Source of the DNA: Minisyncoccota bacterium
GTDB taxonomy: Bacteria; Patescibacteriota; Minisyncoccia; Phycocordibacterales; UBA9973
Direction of reading: 5' to 3'
Length of the DNA: 64,000 nucleotides
Assembly (NCBI GenBank): GCA_035714785.1
Contig: DASTLQ010000004.1
Coordinates: forward strand, 48,248-112,247
The position numbers were made by a program, and so were the translations under genes. Below the pieces are notes generated by a model. The model made no database searches. It saw only the letters and a program-made list of their open reading frames with translations, and was not told where the DNA came from. Numbering within the stretch: the stretch's first letter is position 1; every line of letters starts with the position of its first letter. This document shows positions 7,907-18,098 of the stretch, piece after piece.

Positions 7907-9244
7907 ATGGAAGAAAATCATTTACATGAATATAGGAAGGAAAGGAGTTCGCTCAGTAAAAATTTTTTACTGGTGCTTTCAACTAGTTTTCTCCTTTTTA
8001 TATTTTTCCTTTTAATCACTGTCACTACTGCGTGGTACTTCCGAGCGGATATTTTTAGATATTTTGCCGATGAGTATTTAGCAGAAAATTCTCAGAGTGC
8101 AGTGATGAACACTTTTTCGCAGGAATATGCTGTGGTAAATGCTGTAAAGCTAGCAAATCCTGCTGTAGTATCTGTGGTACTTACTCGCGATGTGCCTACT
8201 TTTGAATATTCTCCCCGAGCGAATCCTTGGAGAGATTTATTCCCTGGCTTACCAGATTTTTTCTTTGATAATTCTCCAGAGTATCGCCAAAATGGAACAG
8301 AAAGAAGGGAAGTCGGAAGTGGGTCAGGCTTTTTGGTTTCTTCGACTGGTCTCATTGTGACCAACAAGCATGTGGTAGATGCGGAAAATGTAGAATACAC
8401 TGTTTTTACAAATGATGGAAAGAAACACAGTGCAGTGGTAGTAGATCGCGATCCACTTTTGGATATTGCTTTCTTAAAAATTGAATCTGATCGCAAAGCT
8501 ATCTTGCCAATCCCATTGAATGAAGAAGAAGATAACGACCCTCCGTTTAGTAGAGGGATTGGTGGATATCCATATCTTCCACTCGGAGATTCGGATATGT
8601 TGGAAGTCGGACAGAGTGTCATCGCTATTGGAAATGCTCTAGGAGAATTTGATAACACTGTTTCAGTAGGAGTAGTTTCCGGTCTGTCCAGATCTATTAT
8701 TGCTGGAAGTGTTTCTGGGGCAAGAGAAGTACTTGATGAAGTGATTCAAACAGACGCCGCTATTAATCCGGGAAATTCCGGCGGACCCTTGCTTGATCTA
8801 GCTGGCCGAGTGATTGGAGTAAATGTGGCGGTGGCCCAAGGTTCTCAAGGGGTAGGGTTTGCCCTTCCAATAAATGCAGTGAAAGGTGCCATTGAATCAG
8901 TAGAAAGTGAAGGTAGAATCATTCGACCATATCTTGGTCTTCGTTACGTGGTGATAGATGGAGAGTTAAAAGAGAGAAATAACCTTTCTGTAGATTATGG
9001 TGTCTTGGTTCGCCCTGGTGCTAATACAGGCGAACCCGCTGTCATTTCGGGAGGTCCTGCAGATAAAGCGGGCTTGCTTGAAAACGATATTATTTTAGAA
9101 ATAAATGGAGAGAAAATAGATCGGGACCATACGCTTGCTTCATTGATTAGAAAAAGAAAAGTTGGAGATCAAGTTAGTCTTCGTATTATGCGGGAAGGAA
9201 AAGAAAGAACAATAGAAGTAACATTGGAAGAAGCTCGAAACTAA
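7907..9244 (+). CDS. htrA: HtrA/DegP serine protease with a PDZ domain
   Basis: TNKHVV, DIAFLKI, QTDAAINPGNSGGPL; C-terminal PDZ. Confidence 0.93.
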   Translation: MEENHLHEYRKERSSLSKNFLLVLSTSFLLFIFFLLITVTTAWYFRADIFRYFADEYLAENSQSAVMNTFSQEYAVVNAVKLANPAVVSVVLTRDVPTFEYSPRANPWRDLFPGLPDFFFDNSPEYRQNGTERREVGSGSGFLVSSTGLIVTNKHVVDAENVEYTVFTNDGKKHSAVVVDRDPLLDIAFLKIESDRKAILPIPLNEEEDNDPPFSRGIGGYPYLPLGDSDMLEVGQSVIAIGNALGEFDNTVSVGVVSGLSRSIIAGSVSGAREVLDEVIQTDAAINPGNSGGPLLDLAGRVIGVNVAVAQGSQGVGFALPINAVKGAIESVESEGRIIRPYLGLRYVVIDGELKERNNLSVDYGVLVRPGANTGEPAVISGGPADKAGLLENDIILEINGEKIDRDHTLASLIRKRKVGDQVSLRIMREGKERTIEVTLEEARN

Positions 9245-9270
9245 AACACCTGCGCTTGGCAGGTGTTTTA
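9243..9270. terminator. Bidirectional intrinsic terminator between htrA and rnj
   Basis: aaaacacctgc-gcttg-gcaggtgtttt between convergent genes. Confidence 0.8.
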
Positions 9271-9273
9271 GTT

Positions 9274-11205
9274 TTAGACGTTTAGGATTACTGGAATCAC
9301 TAGCGGTCTTTTTGCGGTTTTTTGGTATAGATATTTTGAAATATTTTCTCCAAGGTTTGCTTTTAGATATTCAAAATCAACTGGCTTTGTTTTGGTAGTG
9401 ATATCTTCAACATTTTTTCTGATAAGCAGTCGGACTTGGCGCAATAGTTCTTGATTTTCTTTTAGATAGACGAATCCTCGAGAAATGAGGTCGGGAGATT
9501 TTTTAAGTTTTCCAGTAGCCTGATCTACTACTGCAATGATTACAAACATTCCGTCTTGGGCGAGCATCACTCGGTCTCGAATGACTACGTCTTGATCGTC
9601 TCCCACTGAAATTCCGTCTACCATCATCAGTCCAGATGGAGCTTTTTCTTTTCGGATAGAAATTCTTTCTCCGTCGGGAGATATTTCAATGATGGAACCG
9701 TTGTCAGGTACTACAACATTTTGCTCAGGCATTCCAAGTTCCATGGCAAGCTGTTTGTGAAGCTGGAGACGATAGTGGTTTCCGTGAATTGGAATAAAGA
9801 ATTTTGGATGAGTCTTTTTGTGTAGCCATTTTACGTCTTCTTGGTTTCCATGACCGGTAGCGTGCACAAAGTCTTCACCCGGAGTTCGGTAGCTGATGAT
9901 TTTTACACCTTGGCGGGCGATACCGTCTTTCATTTTTTCTACTGCGCGTTCGTTTCCAGGAATGACCGAAGCGGAAAGAATAATAGTATCACCTTTGTGA
10001 AGCTTAAATTTAGTATGAGTCTTGGTAGCCGCACGGTTTAGAGCAGCGAATTCTTCTCCCTGAGCTCCTGTCATCAAGATCACCACTTTGTCCGGAGGAT
10101 AGTTGTCTACTTCTTCCAGGGGAATAATGGTGCCCTTTTTTGGTTTAAAGAAATTGGCCTCAATAGCCACGTCGATATTTGTCTTCATAGAGCGACCGTC
10201 CAAGGCCACTTTTTTACCCATGGTCTCGGCGGTCTTTACTACGTGTGCCAAGCGGGTGATGTGAGATGCGAAAGCCGCAATGATCATTCTGCCCTTTACT
10301 CTTCGTAAAAGATTTTCAAGTCCTTGGTGCACTTTTGCTTCAGGTAGGGAGTATCCTTCGTTTTCAATATTTGTAGAGTCAGTCAAAAGCAAAAGCACCT
10401 TTTCTTTATCAAAAATAGAATACTCTTTTTCTTCTTCGGGATTAACTACGCCGTCGGTGTGATCTAGTTTGTAGTCACCCGGAGTCACAATCAATCCATG
10501 CCTGGTCTCTATCATTATACCGATGGAGTCGGGGATAGTGTGAGTCACTCCGAAAAATCTTACTTTGATATTTCCTAGAGTAACAGTGTCGCTTTTTTCT
10601 ACGATGTACTCTTTCATTTTTGGAAGTTGAGGAAATTCGGCTGCACGCTTACGCATGAGCAAGATAGAAAGGTTTCGAGAATACACTGGTGGATTGCCGA
10701 TGCGGGAAAGCACCAATGGCACACCTCCGATGTGATCTAGGTGACCGTGGGTCACAATCAAGGCTCGGATTTTATCTTTTCTTTCTTCGAGATATGTAGT
10801 GTTTGGAATCACATAATCTACTCCAGGAGTTTCCTCAGTAGAGAAGTGCATTCCTGCGTCGACCACGATGATATCGTTTCCGATTTCAATAGCGGTCATG
10901 TTTTTTCCGATTTCTTCTACTCCTCCGAGCGGAATGATGCGCACTACTCCTTCTTCAGGTGGTGGGATTTTTCCTTCACCGGCGCCCTTTGGTTTCATTC
11001 TTCCGCCAGCTTGTGCACCACCTCCGCGCCTATCTTTAAAGCCACGCTTGGTGTATTGATAGGTGGAAGTTTTTCTTGATTTTCTTTTATTGTCTTTATC
11101 CTCTCCGTGCGTCCTGTCTCCCTGTGCTCTTTTTAACTCAGGCTGCTCTGCCTTGCGGGCTTCAAAACTTACCGAGCTGAATGATAATCTGGTTTTCTTT
11201 GTCAT
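9274..11205 (-). CDS. rnj: Ribonuclease J
   Basis: PLGGVEEIGKNM, THGHLDHIGG, HATGHG, PIHG, SRGFVY. Confidence 0.95.
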   Translation of the reverse strand: MTKKTRLSFSSVSFEARKAEQPELKRAQGDRTHGEDKDNKRKSRKTSTYQYTKRGFKDRRGGGAQAGGRMKPKGAGEGKIPPPEEGVVRIIPLGGVEEIGKNMTAIEIGNDIIVVDAGMHFSTEETPGVDYVIPNTTYLEERKDKIRALIVTHGHLDHIGGVPLVLSRIGNPPVYSRNLSILLMRKRAAEFPQLPKMKEYIVEKSDTVTLGNIKVRFFGVTHTIPDSIGIMIETRHGLIVTPGDYKLDHTDGVVNPEEEKEYSIFDKEKVLLLLTDSTNIENEGYSLPEAKVHQGLENLLRRVKGRMIIAAFASHITRLAHVVKTAETMGKKVALDGRSMKTNIDVAIEANFFKPKKGTIIPLEEVDNYPPDKVVILMTGAQGEEFAALNRAATKTHTKFKLHKGDTIILSASVIPGNERAVEKMKDGIARQGVKIISYRTPGEDFVHATGHGNQEDVKWLHKKTHPKFFIPIHGNHYRLQLHKQLAMELGMPEQNVVVPDNGSIIEISPDGERISIRKEKAPSGLMMVDGISVGDDQDVVIRDRVMLAQDGMFVIIAVVDQATGKLKKSPDLISRGFVYLKENQELLRQVRLLIRKNVEDITTKTKPVDFEYLKANLGENISKYLYQKTAKRPLVIPVILNV

Positions 11206-11234
11206 TATTTATTTTCTTATAATACTGTTATTAA

Positions 11235-12968
11235 TTAATTAGTTTTTGCAAATATTTTCCAAATATTGTCCACCTCTGTATACCAAAGATGGGAGTTTAA
11301 AAATCTGTCCTTGGAAGATGAGAGATTTTCACTCGAAATTCCTTCGACGTTTCCTTTTACTACGTAAATAAAACTTGGACTATATAGAAAGACTGCTGGT
11401 TTTTCTTTCTTTATTTCTTGTTCAAACTGGCTATATTTTTCTGCTCGTACCTCTTCGTCGAGAGTGATCAATGCTTCTTCCAAAATTTTGTCTACTCGCA
11501 CATTTGTGTACATTGCAACATTTAACCCAGGATCTTTTCGCTGAGACGAATGCCAGAATGCAAACAAGTCTGATTGTCGATTGACGATTTCTCCGAATAG
11601 TAAGGCGTCATATTTTCGTGGGCGAATGACAGTCTGATTCAAATCTCCGGATTCAAAAGTTTTTATTTCTACTTGTATGCCGAAATGATCAAGGTCTTCT
11701 TTCACGATGTTTGCTGCTCGGACCAGATCTTCTGAGTTGCTGGTGGAGATAGAAAAGGAGAGAGACTGGTTGTCTTTTCCTTTTTGCCAAATTCCGTCAG
11801 CGTTCTTTTTCCAACCACTTTTGGTTAGCAATTCTTCCGCTTGCGTGATTCGTTCGTCGCGAGGCAGGGTATCTCCATAATTTCCGTTTACTGAAAGTGG
11901 GTCTGGCAGTGGACCGTTGATTACTTTTCCGTATCCATATAGTACCTCACTTACTATTCTATTTTTATCCACCAAAAGGTCAATAGCACTGATGATGTTT
12001 TTGTCTGTAAAAATTTGGTTCTCGCTTTGATTAAAGAAAATACCGAAGATTCGTGGAAGAATATATGACTCCACTCGGTAGCCTTTGCTTTCCAAGAGTT
12101 CTGCGTTTCTAGGAGAGATTTGGGAGATGTGCTCCACTTCTTTTCTTTCAAGGGCAGAAATCAGATCTATTTCGTTTTGATAAAAACGGATATCCATTTT
12201 TTTAATATATGGTCTTCCTAGAGCAAATTTCTTGAAAGGAACTAGTTCAGCTGAGGTGATAGTACCCTGAGGGCTTTTACCCATTTTCTTTATTTGAAAA
12301 GCGCCGGACCCAATTGGGTTAATATTTAAATCTGAAAGTTCCAAGGGAAAACCATTCCAAAGATGTTCGGGCAAAATTCCCACTGTGGTATTTTCAATAA
12401 AAGAAGCATCCGGTCCACGCAATCTAAATGAGACAGTCAGGTCGTCAATCTTTTCTACCTCCACTCCGTCCCAGTTGGCACTGAGAGGGGATCGTAAGAC
12501 AGGATTTTTAATTTCACTGATGGTAAAGAGGATGTCGTCGGCACTGACAGACTCACCGTCATGGAAAAATACTTTTTCTTTTAGCGTGAAAGTGTAAGTA
12601 CGTCCGTCTTCTGAAATCTCGTAACTTTCCGCAAGGTCTGGAATGAGGTCACCTTCAGGATCTTTTCGTAAAAGACCAGAATATACTAGAGCTGAAAGAT
12701 CACGGTCTACGTCAGTGAAAGCAAGTACTGGATTAATGAAGCGGGGAGTACCCACGATTCCTTCTGTGACGCTTCCTCCTCGGAGTGGAGTCTTTACCAT
12801 AAATGATTGATTCAAGTCATGAAGCAGAATAAATGAGCTTATTAAAAATGCAAAAGTCAGCACCGAAAGAATCACCCATTCTTTTTTTGAAAAAGCTGAA
12901 AACGCCAAGAGAAAGTCCTTTTTTGAAGGCAATTTTAAATTGCGTATGAAATCAAATATTTTTTGCAT
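11235..12968 (-). CDS. ABC transporter substrate-binding protein, family 5 (peptide/nickel)
   Basis: LVYSGL, PDLAESYEISEDGRTYTFTL, FHDGE, PIGSGAF. Confidence 0.88.
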   Translation of the reverse strand: MQKIFDFIRNLKLPSKKDFLLAFSAFSKKEWVILSVLTFAFLISSFILLHDLNQSFMVKTPLRGGSVTEGIVGTPRFINPVLAFTDVDRDLSALVYSGLLRKDPEGDLIPDLAESYEISEDGRTYTFTLKEKVFFHDGESVSADDILFTISEIKNPVLRSPLSANWDGVEVEKIDDLTVSFRLRGPDASFIENTTVGILPEHLWNGFPLELSDLNINPIGSGAFQIKKMGKSPQGTITSAELVPFKKFALGRPYIKKMDIRFYQNEIDLISALERKEVEHISQISPRNAELLESKGYRVESYILPRIFGIFFNQSENQIFTDKNIISAIDLLVDKNRIVSEVLYGYGKVINGPLPDPLSVNGNYGDTLPRDERITQAEELLTKSGWKKNADGIWQKGKDNQSLSFSISTSNSEDLVRAANIVKEDLDHFGIQVEIKTFESGDLNQTVIRPRKYDALLFGEIVNRQSDLFAFWHSSQRKDPGLNVAMYTNVRVDKILEEALITLDEEVRAEKYSQFEQEIKKEKPAVFLYSPSFIYVVKGNVEGISSENLSSSKDRFLNSHLWYTEVDNIWKIFAKTN

Positions 12969-12990
12969 GATTTAGATAAATGCTGAAAAA

Positions 12991-13230
12991 CTAGAAGCCG
13001 GATCGCACCATGATGGTGAGAACAGCTGAAAGGGCAAATAGAATTCCGCAAATGATGGACAAGATGAATAGAAACTTTTCAAAGCCTCGGCGGACATGGT
13101 GAAAACTGGAATCTCCTCCTCCGAGCGCTCCTCCTACTCCGGCTCCTGTTTGTTGGAGCAGAATAGATGTAACCAATATTACTGACAGTATTATCTGCAC
13201 GTAGGGCAGACTGGTAGCCAATAGCTGCAT
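12991..13230 (-). CDS. secG: Preprotein translocase subunit SecG
   Basis: ILLQQTGAGVGGALGG...RRGFEKFL; 2 TM; start reassigned to ATG 13230. Confidence 0.9.
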   Translation of the reverse strand: MQLLATSLPYVQIILSVILVTSILLQQTGAGVGGALGGGDSSFHHVRRGFEKFLFILSIICGILFALSAVLTIMVRSGF

Positions 13231-13260
13231 GGGAAGAAGTATTACATAACCCCCGCCAAA

Positions 13261-13353
13261 TTGCAACATGCAAGGTTCCCCTCCAAGGGTCCACCTTCGC
13301 CAGAGGCGAAGGCGGACCCTTTAACACGCAAGGGGACCCCTTACACGTTGCAA
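13261..13353. repeat. Palindromic repeat cluster (motif B hairpin nested with motif A)
   Basis: ttgcaacatgcaagg...aagggtccaccttcgcc-aga-ggcgaaggcggaccctt...caaggggaccccttacacgttgcaa. Confidence 0.9.
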
Positions 13354-13382
13354 TTTCCCTTAAAAAGGAGTATAATTAGACC

Positions 13383-15827
13383 ATGAATTTGAATAATGTG
13401 AAGAGCTGGGCTCCGACCATCATTTTAGCCTTATATATAGTGCTATTTGCTACTACGCCCTTGCTAGCAGCCCCAGTTTCCGTATCGGAGGCAGAAACCG
13501 AGATTGTCGGAGAAGTTTCCATATTTCATATAGACGATTTTGCTAATAAATCCAGCAAAAATTTCTACTATATAGACACTAACGAAAAAAGATACTCTTT
13601 TGAGTCTAATCAGGAGCTACCTTTTGAGGCTGGTTCAATCGTAAAAATAAAAGGTAAATTAAAAAATGATGTAATTGCAGTAGACACGGTTCGTAACCCC
13701 GTAGAGCTAGTAAGCGAGAAAAAAAATCATAACGTCATTTCCGCCATAAAAGATTCTGTTGGGGATCAGCGCACGCTCGTCATATTGATGAAAAGTTTTC
13801 CGAGTGACTCAGAACCATTTACCCCAGCCGAAGCGCACAATATGGTTTTCAAAAGTAGATTCCAGAGTTTCATGAAAGAGCAATCCTACGGAAAAGTTTC
13901 TTTCTCAGGAAAAGTGATTGGATGGGTTCCGATAAACAGAAATGTAGCTGAATGTGAGACACCAAGTGAGGCAGAGTACAATAATATTTTTTCTACTCAT
14001 AATATAAATCTTGCGAGCTACGATAGAGTACTCATTTTAAGAAATGACATGGCAGGAGGATGTTCTTCCGTTGGAAAAGCACCGCATACATATGGAGGTC
14101 AGACATATCATTTATCAAAAACTACTGTAGGTCTTTATCGATACGACCAACCTTCCGATTGGGGTACACATGTTTTTCCATGGACAAATTTAGATTTAGT
14201 TCTTTCTCACGAGATGGGCCATGCGCTCGGAGTGGGGCACTCTAATAGTTGGATTTGTGATGGAGAAGTAATATATGGAAACTGTCAGCACTTTGAATAT
14301 GGCAATCATTACGATGCGATGGCTACAGGAAGTCATACTTTGCACTACAATGCATATTTCAAAGAGAAGCTTGGCTGGTTGTCGGAAAATCAAATTTTAA
14401 ATATTACTCAATCGGGGTCTTTTACTCTTACACCTCTCGAGATGAATGGAGGATCAAAGATCGCAAAGATATATATTAATGGTACAAACGAAGCACCGTT
14501 TTTTGTGGAGTTTAGGAGAATCATGGGATATGATTTGAGCCTTGGAAAGCCTGAGCTTTCCATAAATCAGTACGGAGCCTTTGTCAGTCAAATAGGAAAT
14601 ACTGCGGTTCCGACTGTACAGCTTTTGGATATGAGTCCCGAAGCATCTCATCTTTCCAACAATATGAAGAATGTCACATTGAATCCTGTCTCAATTGGAA
14701 ATTCATTAGCGATATTTCATGATCAAGGAAAAGGAATTACTTTGCACGCTCCTCTTGGAATCTCTCGACCTCGCAATGCTATCAGCATGAGGGTGGATAT
14801 AAGCAACCCATCCTGCACTCGAGGACCAATGTCTATCACAAATTTAATAAATGATACATCGGTGAGCATTGGAGGTGCTAGTTTTGTCTCTGCTAATATA
14901 AGAAATAATGATCACTTTGGTTGCGGAAATTCTGATTTTGAAGTTTCCTTCGGGCTTCCAGCTGGATGGTCCTATGAGAATACTTCAACCGTCAGTATCT
15001 TACCCGGCCAGACCAAGATGGGATGGGGGACGTTTAAAGTACCTGCCACTACTACGCTCGGAAATTATCCTGTAACTTTTAAAGTGAAAAATAAAACCAC
15101 CGGACAGATTGGAAAAAAAACATTTCAGGTTTTTGTAGACAATCCGCTTTCGATTACTAACGCCACTCCTTCTTCAGGTCAGGCAGGTACAGTGGTCACC
15201 GTAACTGGTACAGGTTTTAATTCTACTCATACTGCCGTCACTCTCACGGGAAATAATTCATGGTCCGACACAGAGATAGTTTCTGTTTCAAATGGAAGTT
15301 TTCAATATGTCATTCCTGCAGTAATGAATACTTGCAACAAAAGTAATTGCCACACAGTTCCGCTTTCTAATGGCGACTATCATATAAATGTGTACTCCAA
15401 CAATGTTTCAGTAAATACACCTTTTAGAGTAGGAGCGACTTCTACTGTCTCTATTTCCGCAAATCCGATTTCTATTAATCTCGGTCAGTCTTCAATCATT
15501 ACTTGGAATGCACAAAACGTAGCATATTGTTTTGGTCAAGGAGGACTCGGAGGAGTTCTTCCATCTTCTGGACAACAAGTAGTGTATCCACTCGAGACCA
15601 CTTTATATGAAATACGATGCATGAGTGCAGTGGTGGGAGGAGGATTTATGTCCGAATCTGTCACCGTAACTGTAGTGAGTCCAACACCTAGAGATGGAGT
15701 GAAAGGACCCGTAAAAATACAACGAGAGGAATCCATAAAATTACCAACAAAAGGACCAGTGAACAGAGGGACGTCGCCTTCTACCGCGGGTTCTCGTTCT
15801 GTCTCAACAGAGACCGTTAGAAATTAA
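13383..15827 (+). CDS. Secreted metzincin metalloprotease (M11/M6-like) with Ig/IPT-like C-terminal domains
   Basis: Signal peptide; HEMGHALGVGH zinc motif; EYGNHYDAM Met-turn; ITNATPSSGQAGTVVTVTGTGF IPT/TIG motif. Confidence 0.8.
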   Translation: MNLNNVKSWAPTIILALYIVLFATTPLLAAPVSVSEAETEIVGEVSIFHIDDFANKSSKNFYYIDTNEKRYSFESNQELPFEAGSIVKIKGKLKNDVIAVDTVRNPVELVSEKKNHNVISAIKDSVGDQRTLVILMKSFPSDSEPFTPAEAHNMVFKSRFQSFMKEQSYGKVSFSGKVIGWVPINRNVAECETPSEAEYNNIFSTHNINLASYDRVLILRNDMAGGCSSVGKAPHTYGGQTYHLSKTTVGLYRYDQPSDWGTHVFPWTNLDLVLSHEMGHALGVGHSNSWICDGEVIYGNCQHFEYGNHYDAMATGSHTLHYNAYFKEKLGWLSENQILNITQSGSFTLTPLEMNGGSKIAKIYINGTNEAPFFVEFRRIMGYDLSLGKPELSINQYGAFVSQIGNTAVPTVQLLDMSPEASHLSNNMKNVTLNPVSIGNSLAIFHDQGKGITLHAPLGISRPRNAISMRVDISNPSCTRGPMSITNLINDTSVSIGGASFVSANIRNNDHFGCGNSDFEVSFGLPAGWSYENTSTVSILPGQTKMGWGTFKVPATTTLGNYPVTFKVKNKTTGQIGKKTFQVFVDNPLSITNATPSSGQAGTVVTVTGTGFNSTHTAVTLTGNNSWSDTEIVSVSNGSFQYVIPAVMNTCNKSNCHTVPLSNGDYHINVYSNNVSVNTPFRVGATSTVSISANPISINLGQSSIITWNAQNVAYCFGQGGLGGVLPSSGQQVVYPLETTLYEIRCMSAVVGGGFMSESVTVTVVSPTPRDGVKGPVKIQREESIKLPTKGPVNRGTSPSTAGSRSVSTETVRN

Positions 15828-15845
15828 AAGTTTATTTAATAAAAA

Positions 15846-16457
15846 ATGCAAAACAATAAAGGTTTTACAACGACAAGTATTGTGATGATCGTGTTACTCG
15901 GAATCGCTATCGCAGCGGGTTCATATTATTTGGGAGCAGAAAAGAGTGCGGTGCAAGAGTATCCGCCTAATGTTTATAACGATGTTTACCCTGAGCCCGT
16001 AGATGATGTTAAGTCAGTCGATAACCCTGTGACACCTACGTCAAACGTCGGCGCAGGCAGTGAACAAGTAAATACAGAGAATTTTAACAATCAACCAGGT
16101 GCGGTAAAATCAATTCAAACCAACAGTAGTACAAGTTGGACCCTAGCAGTGGATCTCTTAACTCATAATCCAAATTGGTTGCCCGGAGTGGATAGTAGTG
16201 GTGGATTTTTTATTAATCAAAACACAATGATTAGAAATTTATCTGTAACAAATGCCACCAAAACATATATTTGTGGAGCAGGCCCAGACGGAAATAGTAC
16301 CACTGCTGATGTTCTCGAAAATACTTCGAGTTTCCTATCAAGTATAAATGCTAATATAAAGAACAAAGATTATAATAGCCAGTTCGTTGGGCCTACAAGT
16401 TATTTTGATATTAAGGGAACAAGCATTATTGCGATTTATCAGCAGTGCTTACCGTAA
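15846..16457 (+). CDS. Pilin-like leader protein with a variable C-terminal domain (paralog 1)
   Basis: MQNNKG|FTTTSIV class III signal-like N-terminus plus TM. Confidence 0.65.
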   Translation: MQNNKGFTTTSIVMIVLLGIAIAAGSYYLGAEKSAVQEYPPNVYNDVYPEPVDDVKSVDNPVTPTSNVGAGSEQVNTENFNNQPGAVKSIQTNSSTSWTLAVDLLTHNPNWLPGVDSSGGFFINQNTMIRNLSVTNATKTYICGAGPDGNSTTADVLENTSSFLSSINANIKNKDYNSQFVGPTSYFDIKGTSIIAIYQQCLP

Positions 16458-16475
16458 CTTTCTTAGATTAAAAAA

Positions 16476-17081
16476 ATGCAAAACAACAAAGGTTTTACCA
16501 CAACAAGTATCGTGATAGTCGTGTTACTCGGAATCGCTATCGCAGCGGGTTCATATTATTTGGGAGCAGAAAAGAGTGCGGTGCCAAAATATTCTGAATC
16601 TCCATTTGATAAACTTTCTCAAAATGGACAAAATCAGACGGTGGAGACAAGCAACCAACAGCAAGCTCAGCTTTATAGAAACCCTGACCTTGGTTTTTCA
16701 TTTAATCCATTAGCTTTTGAAGGTGTAAAAACGTGGAACAACTATCCTTTAATTGGGGAAGGTGAGAAAGGGCTAAGCATGAGAGGATATCTTTCATTTC
16801 AAGATCCAGTTTTCTATTTTGCTGGTATGACACCTGATTATTCTGCGGGAAGAGGTACAGACTGCGGGGAAGCAAAAAGCTATCCGACAGAAGCTGAAAT
16901 GACAAATGCGAAAGGTGTTCGCTATATATATAAATATAATACGACAGATGAAATGCAGGGACCTCAGCACGTAGCTTATTTCAAATTAAAAAAAGGTCCC
17001 TTTCCAGTGCTAGGGTTTTGTGGGATTGGTATAAGCGAAAATGATTTTATTAGCGTGATAAATACAGTTACATTAGATTAA
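16476..17081 (+). CDS. Pilin-like leader protein with a variable C-terminal domain (paralog 2)
   Basis: N-terminal ~36 aa nearly identical to 15846; rest unrelated. Confidence 0.65.
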   Translation: MQNNKGFTTTSIVIVVLLGIAIAAGSYYLGAEKSAVPKYSESPFDKLSQNGQNQTVETSNQQQAQLYRNPDLGFSFNPLAFEGVKTWNNYPLIGEGEKGLSMRGYLSFQDPVFYFAGMTPDYSAGRGTDCGEAKSYPTEAEMTNAKGVRYIYKYNTTDEMQGPQHVAYFKLKKGPFPVLGFCGIGISENDFISVINTVTLD

Positions 17082-17102
17082 AATTTCTTGTATAATACAT
17101 CT

Positions 17103-18098
17103 ATGTCAAATCAATTCGCTGTGCTCGATTTATTCAAAAAATTATTCCACAACTTTAATTCCCGTCAGATGAAGGATGCGACTATCGCATACAAAGAACA
17201 TCTGGATCAAGGAGGAAAGATGATGCTCGCTATGGGTGGCGCTATGTCTAGTGCTCAGATGGGAGTAACTATTGCACCCATGATCAGAAATGGAAAGATT
17301 CATGCTATTTCTTGCACGGGAGCCAATCTCGAAGAATCAGTATTCAGACTAGTGGCTCATGATAGCTATAAAGATTATCCCGACTATAGATATTTTACAA
17401 AAGAGGACGATGAGAAAATATTGGAGCGCGGTGAGCGACGAGTGACCGACACTTCGATTCCAGAAGAAGAAGCATTCCGCGTAGTTGAACCTATTATTTT
17501 GAAACGCTGGAAAGATGCAGAAGCGAAAGGGGAGAGATATTTTCCTCATGAATATTTTTATCAAATACTTCTTTCAGATGAGCTTAAAGATAAATACGAA
17601 GGAAATCCTGAACACTGTTGGTTGCTGGCTGCTGCAGAAAAAAATTTGCCAATCGTAGTACCAGGCTGGGAAGATTCTACACTCGGAAATATTTTTGCGG
17701 GATACTGTAAAGCAGGGGAAGTAAGTCCGACAGTAATGAAGACAGGCGTGGAATACATGATGTATTTATACGACCAGTATAAAGAACTTTCCAAAGACGG
17801 CCCTGGTCTTGGCTTTTTCCAAATCGGTGGAGGAATTTCAGGAGATTTTCCAATCTGTGTGGTGCCTTCAATAAAATATGATCTCAAAGAAGAAGCTCGA
17901 CCCTGGGGATACTTTTGCCAGATTTCTGACAGTACTACTTCGTATGGTTCATACTCTGGTGCGACACCAAATGAAAAAATTACTTGGGACAAGCTTACAA
18001 AAGACACCCCAATGTTCGTGATTGAATCAGATGCCACCATCGTGGCCCCACTTATGTTTGAAGCTATTCTTGACCGATACACGATTTCTCAAAAATAA
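17103..18098 (+). CDS. Deoxyhypusine synthase family protein (homospermidine synthase-like)
   Basis: ISCTGANLEE, DSTLGN, IGGG, YSGATPNEKITWDKL, IESDATIVAPL. Confidence 0.9.
   Translation: MSNQFAVLDLFKKLFHNFNSRQMKDATIAYKEHLDQGGKMMLAMGGAMSSAQMGVTIAPMIRNGKIHAISCTGANLEESVFRLVAHDSYKDYPDYRYFTKEDDEKILERGERRVTDTSIPEEEAFRVVEPIILKRWKDAEAKGERYFPHEYFYQILLSDELKDKYEGNPEHCWLLAAAEKNLPIVVPGWEDSTLGNIFAGYCKAGEVSPTVMKTGVEYMMYLYDQYKELSKDGPGLGFFQIGGGISGDFPICVVPSIKYDLKEEARPWGYFCQISDSTTSYGSYSGATPNEKITWDKLTKDTPMFVIESDATIVAPLMFEAILDRYTISQK

Noticed and set aside
15846-17081. Diversity-generating retroelement or shufflon
   Set aside because: No reverse transcriptase or recombinase is present in the window, differences between the copies are not adenine-specific, and there are no inverted cassettes.
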